DNA of 64,000 bases from the human T2T-CHM13v2.0 reference genome, Homo sapiens, in assembly GCF_009914755.1 (NCBI RefSeq), contig NC_060928.1. One strand, given 5' to 3'. The translations under genes were made by a program, and so were the position numbers. The notes under the pieces were generated by a model. That model did no database searches, was not told where the DNA came from, and worked only from the letters and a program-made list of their open reading frames with translations. This document shows, piece after piece, positions 55,207-64,000 of this stretch; within the stretch, counting starts at the first letter, position 1; the number at the start of each line of letters is the position of its first letter.

Positions 55207-57029
55207 TGTAAACACAGAGGTGGCCGCCACAGACAAATGGTGATGTATAGGATCTATCTTGAAGTACAGAAGACAGAGAAGACCTTGCCCATTTATTAAA
55301 CACTGTGTTCCAGGAACTGTGCCGATGCCTCACCTACTGTTTCCAGGGACCTCCTTTCCCTTCTATTTCCTGTTTCCATTTGGGGAGCATCCACTAGGGA
55401 ACATACCTCCCTCTCAACCCAAGGGACAGGGAGGTAGGGAGTGCCCTCTTGCATCCCCTGGGCTCTTTCTGTATCTGCCTCCTGCAGGAAGCTGGAGACG
55501 TGTCTGCTGCCTCCACCCAAGGAGGGGCTTGCCCTGTAGAGGGGTCTGGGGTTGCTCCTTCTGCCTGTGGCTGGGTCTAGCATCTTAAAGCTAGAGGTGC
55601 TGAACTAACTGCCACTTATGAAGCCATGCTGTCTAATCCAGCTCCACTCAAAATAGAGCTAACATTTTCATCCCCATCTGGTTCTTGTGCCTCTCTCTGT
55701 CTCCCCCTCTCTAACCTTTTCTGAATTTCAGAGAAGAAGGGGGCTTATCTATTGTAAATCCCCAAACCTATCCCCTACATGACGTAACTGCATTCCCAGC
55801 ACAGCCCAGTGAGGGAGCTATCACTGCTCCATTTAACAGATGTGAAACTGAGGCTCAGCCAGGTAAGGGTGACCCAGCTATGAGTGGCAGAGCTGAGATC
55901 GAGCCCTGATCATCCCAAACATTTCTACTGTCCTCTGCTACCTCTGGGTGAGAAGGAATCTGTTTTCCTTCCAGAGATGCTAGGGGAGGGTGCTAAGTCC
56001 TATGGAGCAGGGCAAGTGGAATTGCCCGAGAGGTGAGAGGAAACGGGGGCACCAGGGATGAATCACTACCGGCAGCTGCCAAGCAAAGCAAGACCCTCTC
56101 CACCAAGGGCAGGCTGTGTGCTTCACGGCAATGTATGGAAGCCCACTCTCTCTCAGCAGAGCTGCTTCATCCACAGCCCCAAGCAAATGTCAGCTCCCAT
56201 TCTCATCAGACTTTGCTTCAGCTTGGCAGTGGAGGCAGAGGAATGAGCTGACTCTCCCACATCTCTCACTGGGACCAGTTGCACCCCGACTACAGCTGCG
56301 CACCTTACGCTTCACAAAACAGGACCTGTGGGTCACTCACTGGCCTTGAAGGGTTAGCTGGGCTTGAAGCTCTGGTCCCTGGTGGTTGAATCTCCAAGGC
56401 AGGGCAATTGACCATCTAACGTCCCCTCTCTGTGAGCTCCTATTCTTGGGAGGGACGGGAGTCTGTGGGCTGGACAGAAGGGATTTGACCCCAGCAATTG
56501 CTATGGTGGTGAGAACGTGAATGCAGATTTCAACCACCCCGGCCTTGCTTTATATCCTTAGAGCACATGTGAGCATGAAACTGGACAGCATATCTAGATG
56601 CCCAACAGCCGGTCCATGCTCAGTAAAAGGCTGCTTCCTTCTCTGACCTCCACTGTCTTTCTTTATAAAAATCCAGAAGCATACAAAGTAAGGACTCAAA
56701 TTTTAAGAGTGGCCAGAAAATGCTTGCTTTTAAAAGCTTTTCTAAGAGTGTTGGATCACCCAGTCTTGCTTCTCATCTTACGGATAAAAATCTAACCTCA
56801 CACTGACCTAGCCATTAGCCCAATGAATGATACCACCTTTCTGGCCTGGTCTTCTTTGAACTCTGACATGAGTGATTGAGGCTCAGAGGGGTGAAGTGTC
56901 TCACCCAGGACTACACAGCTGGGAAGTCAGAGGATGTGGGCTGGAACCATAGCCTCCCTGGTGGTCTCAGTGTGGGGCTCCTTCAACAAAATAATAGCTA
57001 AGATTATGGAGCACCACCTATGTGAATGA

Positions 57030-57332
<303 letters not shown>

Positions 57333-59111
57333 TGCTGAACTTTAAATGCATCCTTTCATCTATCTTCACCACCACTCTACAGCTGGGGAAACTGAGGCAC
57401 GGAGGAGTCATGACAACTTGTCCAAGATCCCATAACTCAAAAGTTCAATGTTGCAAGCTGCATGCAGGCAGATGACCCCAAGCCTGGCACTCTTGACCAC
57501 AGTTCAGGGTGGCCATATGGAGGGTCTCTTCTCAGCTTTCTCCCTGTTCATCAGGACATAGCAAACTGCTGCAGTGAGATGGTCTCCACTTTTATGATTA
57601 CAGAGCATTTTAGATTCTTCCAACTTGATCTAGGAAGTGATTTCAGGAGAATCTTTTCAAAACCAAAGTTATTAATAACTGCTTCTGAAATTATAATTTG
57701 AGACTTTGTACAAAACTTGATTTGGGCTCCAGAACTCCTAATGATGGTTCAACAAATCAGATGGACCTTCATGTGGTTCCAGGCCAAAAGAGGGGGAAAG
57801 TACCACAGTTTTCTGTAAACACATCTAAAGTTTTCATGTCTCCTTCCCCTTGTTCCTCCCAGTCACCTCCCTTCCCTCCCTTCTACTCAACTGTTTAGAG
57901 AAAGCGTAAGAAATCTGGGACTCTCTTAGGCACTAAGGTGACAGCAGACAACACAGGTCCTCGTCTACCCTAGAAGACCTCTTAGTCTAGCAAGGAAGGG
58001 AGGAGTACACAACGATTTCCCAACTAAGTGGTTAGAGGAACACACCAGGAACCCTGTAATGCATGGGTATCCCACCAAGTGCAAAGACCCAGGCAGCAGT
58101 CCACCGCCGGTGAGCACCCAGAACCAATGTCACCAGGCCCATATGGCTCATTCACAGCTGGCACTCTGATCCTCTTTGCTCTTCTTTTACATCTATTTCT
58201 AACACACTTGGGTGTCTTGTTTCCCAACCAAGACTGCATATCAGGAAGCAGCAGATTTTGAAACTGCATGGCATTGAGAGAGGAGAAAACAATGCTAGAA
58301 ACAGTCGTGCTGATGACAGCAAGGTTGGGAGGAGATTCATGCAAGCTGAGCAGCTGCCACCTGTGAGATATTTTACATAATTCCACAGATTCCTCACAGC
58401 AGTTGTGCAAACTGAGTATTATCATCCCCATTTTTCAGGATGGGAGACTGAAGCCCAGGGAAGTGACTATGATTGGCTTCTGTGTTTAAGAAAGAAGGAA
58501 TCCCAAGGAAGGAAGGGTCATCCCAAGTAGATAAGAGAACCACCATGACCCTGGGCATTCTGGAAGATAAGGGAAGGTTCAAGAAAATGAAGGCTTCCCC
58601 ACACTGGGCTTGACAATTGGTATTGATCCAATTTTCAGCCCAAGAACTCCCTATCTCCTGCCCTCACCTCCTTTTCTCCCCCAGACACTCAGGTGCCCAC
58701 CATGTGGCATGGGCTGCTCTGGTGCTGGAGGCACAGGGTTGATAAGATGCAGCCTCCATCTCCCAGGATGGAGACCCACTAATAGCTCTCTCCAGGTGAG
58801 GGGAGCACAGTGGAGGGGCAGGAACTGCTGTGGCCACCCCAGCAATGGGGACGGGGATGGGCCTAAAGCCAGGAGCCTCTTTCACACTGGCAACAGACTG
58901 ACACTCACACTGAAGCCTGGTTTTCATGCTGAGGACAAACTGCTCGAAAGGAAGGCAGCTGCCTAAAATAAGTCACTTTAAGCGACAGGTCTAATTTTAG
59001 AGAATGGAATTTGAAAGCCTATTGTGTAAGGCAGAGGGAAAAAAAAATCCAACACCAAAAAGGAATTTAGAAATAAATAAATAAATGTTGGTTATCCCAA
59101 CTTTTGAATAA

Positions 59112-59440
<329 letters not shown>

Positions 59441-59519
59441 TGACTTCTAAAGTACGTGAAAAACATTCATCAGCTCCTTAGCATAAATATACTGAGCCAT
59501 CTGTGATGTTTGCTTGATA

Positions 59520-59733
59520 CAGAGGTTCTCAGCCAGGGGCAATTTTGCTCCCATGGGATGTTTGGCAGTGTCTGGAGCCATTTTTGGTTGTCACAGTTGG
59601 TGGGGCAGATGGTGCTACTGGTACCTAATGGGAAGAGGCCAGGGAGGCTGCTGAATAGCCTAGGCACACAGCACAGCCCCCATGACAATGAATTTTCCAG
59701 CTCAAAATGTACACAGATATGAGGCTGAGAAAT
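59520..59733. mobile_element. MER20 DNA transposon
   Basis: cagaggttctcagccaggggcaattttgctccc...tttggcagtgtctggag...gaggctgagaaa. Confidence 0.82.
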
Positions 59734-59779
59734 GCAAGTTTGGTACAAAGTGTCTGGGTGGGCTGTCCAGGGAGTGCAC

Positions 59780-60099
59780 CCAACACCAGCAGGTGTGACT
59801 TTGTCTGTGCAGGCACCACCCCTGGGACCTTGGGCAATGCCTGACCCTCTGTGAGTCACACGTCCTTCATCTAGAAAATGGGGACAATACCACTTACCCT
59901 GTGGGGCTGTTTGGGGCTTGAATAAAATGACAAACACAGAGATGCCTGGCAGTATTTACGGATGTCTCCAGTGACATGTCATGTCCCCCAAATAATGTCT
60001 GGGATAATGAAGAAGACAAAGCAAGTCTTCCAAGGCAGCTGAAGTTTTGGATCCCAGGGGTGGTGCCTGCACAGAAAAAGTCACACCTGCTAGTGCTGG
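59780..60099. repeat. 48-bp inverted repeat (45/48) with 224-bp spacer
   Basis: Arms at 59780-59827 and 60052-60099. Confidence 0.93.
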
Positions 60100-62055
60100 T
60101 AGCTCTCTTTGTCCCGTGAATTTGGATGACAAGGCAGCAGGTACAGGGGAGAGCTGGACCACAGTGTGGCTGTGATGCTGGCATTTGCCACTAAACAGCA
60201 TGGGTCTCTCTGTATGTAACACGGAAGAAGACTTGTCCCCATGGCTGCCTAGGGATGGCCTGGGGACACAGCCTGAGTGACATGCATGGGGGTGCTCTGA
60301 GGGGGACCTTGGGGCCAGATAGCTAGGGCTCAAATCCTTTTACTATTCCTCACTGTTTGACCTTGGAAAAGTTTCTTTATGTCTTTAGGCCTAACAGTGC
60401 GGCCTAACTCACAGGGCAGCCATGGGGACAGCTCCTGGCCCACTCTGAGTGCTACATGCATGTGCACTTGATGAGGTTTGCAGCCCAGTAGGTGGAGGCC
60501 AAGTGACGGGGAGCAGCTGGCCTGGGTTTCTCACTGCAGGTTTGTGTCCCACTGAGATGGGAAGCCAGGCCTCTGACTCTTGGTCCAGAGCTCTGCTCCA
60601 GGTCAGGTAAAGCACGCTCAGCTGGAAATATTATCCCGACTTAAAGATTGAAGATCATCAACATGGGAGGGCAGAACACTCTGAGGATGGGGCCTCATGA
60701 CTGCTGGCTTTGGGAGCAGCTGAGATTTTTTTTCAACAGGTGCTTAGTCAGTGCGGCTTGCAGGTACACCATAGAGGAATTTATGAAGTTATACGGGGGA
60801 TGCAAATGGAAAAATGATGTCCCTGTGGAGAATTGAATTCTGTTTAGAACTGATGGTTCTCAGTGTAAATGCCTCATTCACTACAGGTTCCATATTCGGT
60901 CTTTAAGGCTTCAGGTGTTAGCTTGAAGAAACAATTCACTTCCCCTCTCTACTCTCTGAGAACAAGCAGCGCCTCCTTCAGACTGTCTGGCAAAACCTCG
61001 GTCTCGTCAACAGGAAGAGACAACAGGACTCTCCCAGGATCACTCAGTTAATGTAGGTACAGCCACTGACCCAGGCGCCTGCTCAATCTGCTGACTTTAA
61101 CCAGACCAAGGAGAAAGGTAAAAGCAAGAAGCAAGGTGATCTCATTTCATCCCAGTGTTTCCGAAAATAGAACCAACAGTTGTTGAAAGGAGGTGGAACA
61201 ACACTGTGGTTGTAGATTTCTATGCTGCTGTTTTTCCTTCTCTGGACAGGAATGACTCCCCTTCACATCACCTTCCCTAGACACCCCCAAACACCCTCCC
61301 TGCCCGCCTTGGGGGGTGCTGGTCTCACGCTTATTTAGTATAAATGCAAGCTGTCTTACTGGGGCCCTTTGGAAGGGTGCTGGCGGGTGCCCCTTCTCCC
61401 TCTCTCTGGGTTCAGTCAGTCTCCTCCCAAGTGACATGAGTGACCTCAGAGGCAGTTTGGATGCTTTATGCAAGAATCTCCTCTACGCTCCCCTGCCAAG
61501 TGGTTGGCCAGCCTATTTGCACACTTCCATAGATGGGGAGATCACCACCCCTAGAGGCAACCCACTCCATTTGTCAGAAGCAACAGTAACAGTAAAGATC
61601 CAGACTCTGCCTCCCTAAGTCTCCAACTGGGAATTCCACCTTTGAGTGCCCTCAAGGGAGAGGAGACTGCTGTGAACATCCAAGCATCTGGGGAACCTCA
61701 TGGAGAGACCTCCTCAGACTTCCCTGCCTGCAGCAGCTCAAGCCCCAGAACATTTCTTACTTAAAGCCTTGAGGTTTTTTTCAAGCCAAAGTTGTGAGTT
61801 GAAGACAGCCCAGTCAAGAGTACTTTTATGAAAATCATCTGAATGTCTCTCACTTCTGACTTCCTAATATCAATTTTTTAAAGAAATATAACTTTTAGAC
61901 ATGTCTAGGAATAATTAGTGATAGCATTTATTATAGGATATCTCTGTGGCTAGCAGCTGAACTGAACACTTTGCATGGATTGTGTCTTTCCATATTATGT
62001 GATCCCATTTTACAGATGAGGAAACTGAGGATCAGTCAAGTTACATGGTTACCTA

Positions 62056-62532
<477 letters not shown>

Positions 62533-63839
62533 TTAAAAATGGGAAAACAGAGGCCCAGAGAGATGCCATGATTTGCTCAACATCACCCAGCTGGCTGGGA
62601 GAAAAGCTGAGAACGTGGGTCTCTTGACTGTCCGCAACGCAAGGCAGAGCACACCCAGAGTTCAAACCCGTCTATAACATTGGGCAGTTGTGTCCCTGTT
62701 CATCTTTTGTTATCATTCCTGCCTCCAATGGCTGTTGTAATAATTGCATGATATCATATACATTCAACCATGGCTCGGAGCTTCCCACACTGGAGTTCGT
62801 TTGCTGAATATTCACTAAGCACCTCCTGTTTGCCTGGCTCATGAGTTCATCCTCATTGCAGGTGTCCGGAGACCAGTAGGATGTCACTTGGCCAGGATGC
62901 CCTGCAGTCCATGCTATTGTGAAAAGAAGGATTGAGCTTAACGACTGCAAGGCCCCTTCCATGTGATCCTCTGAAATACAAGAAAACTTGAGTGGAAATA
63001 GTCCCAAAGAGTGAATCTTACCAGGACTCAAACCCACCCTCATGATTTATGCCTTTTCCATGTTGAACACTGCAAACTTCCAGCCTCAGAGAACCCATCA
63101 TTTTTTTTTTAAATGAAGACCTTAATTGTGCAAACCTCTATGAATGTGTGCTTGAAGGCGGGCTGACTGATTAGATCCCTGAAAGCACAATAATCAGATC
63201 ATGGGGTGCACTTTTGGACACAGATTTCAATGCTCAGTGCTCTGATCTTTCTTCCTCCCACAGGGAAAGGTGGCTATTGTGCTGGCTCCTGCGGACAGTC
63301 CATTCCAGACACAGCAGGCAGCATCCCTAAAACATGGCTCTGCCCCTCAGGGCGTGTGAAAATGCTCTTCTTAAGCAAATGCCATTAAACTTGCTCCAGA
63401 TTCTCCAAGAAGCAAGAACCCTTCCGAAGGCTTTGGAGTGTTATTTCCAGCAGGGTACTAAAAACTGCTTCAGAATATCTTTTTTTATGAACTATAATTT
63501 AATGCTCTCCCCAGCATTTATTAAGGGTAAATGAGAAAAGCAGCTGAATGAGCAATGTTTCTGTTTCATGCATTAAGTATAATATTTCTACTGTTTCCTC
63601 AAAGTTCAAAATGCAACATCTATGTGATAAAATAACTCTAGACTTCTGGGGTAGAAAACTATTTCTTTCCTTCATGACATACATATTTTCCATTATAAAA
63701 TAAGGATAACTTCATAACCTATGTTTTTTTTTTCTCTTTTCACCATGGCTGCCAGGAAGCTCTCAGACAAATGCAATGTTTAGCCCTTAACAGAATTTCC
63801 TGAAACAAAAAATCTCTCTTCTTTCTCTTAAAATTTCCT

Positions 63840-64000
63840 ATCTTCCAGCTCCATCCATGTCCCTGCAAAGGATATGATGTCATTCCTTTTTATGGATTCA
63901 TAGTATTCCATGGTGTATATGTACCACATTTTCTTTATCCAGTCTATCATTGATGGGCATTTGGGTTGATTCCATGTCATTGCTACTGTGAACAGTGCTC
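63840..64000 (-). mobile_element. L1PA fragment running off the window end
   Basis: cttccagctccatccatgtccctgcaaagga...tagtattccatggtgtatatgtaccacattttctttatccagtct. Confidence 0.9.

Overview
Human (primate) genomic DNA, not prokaryotic. The whole window lies inside SLC2A9 (GLUT9, urate transporter, chr4p16.1), which is transcribed from the minus strand. Four internal coding exons (7-10 in GLUT9a numbering, codons 272-431) are read at 62185-62372, 50027-50137, 32402-32503 and 29357-29432. All have GT-AG boundaries and splice in frame. The rest is intron, dense in Alu, L1, MIR/L2, MaLR/ERVL/ERV1 LTRs, DNA transposons and microsatellites, and almost all listed ORFs are spurious. This haplotype encodes Leu350, Val282 and Arg294. 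I see no evidence of a new gene system. The unexplained signals are structural: a ~220-bp direct repeat bracketing the in-frame exon 8, a 14-copy 49-bp VNTR, a 48-bp inverted repeat, several templated or tandem micro-duplications and an inverted pair of degenerate 29-bp repeats. Repeat subfamily names come from memory of consensus sequences and need Dfam/RepeatMasker confirmation.
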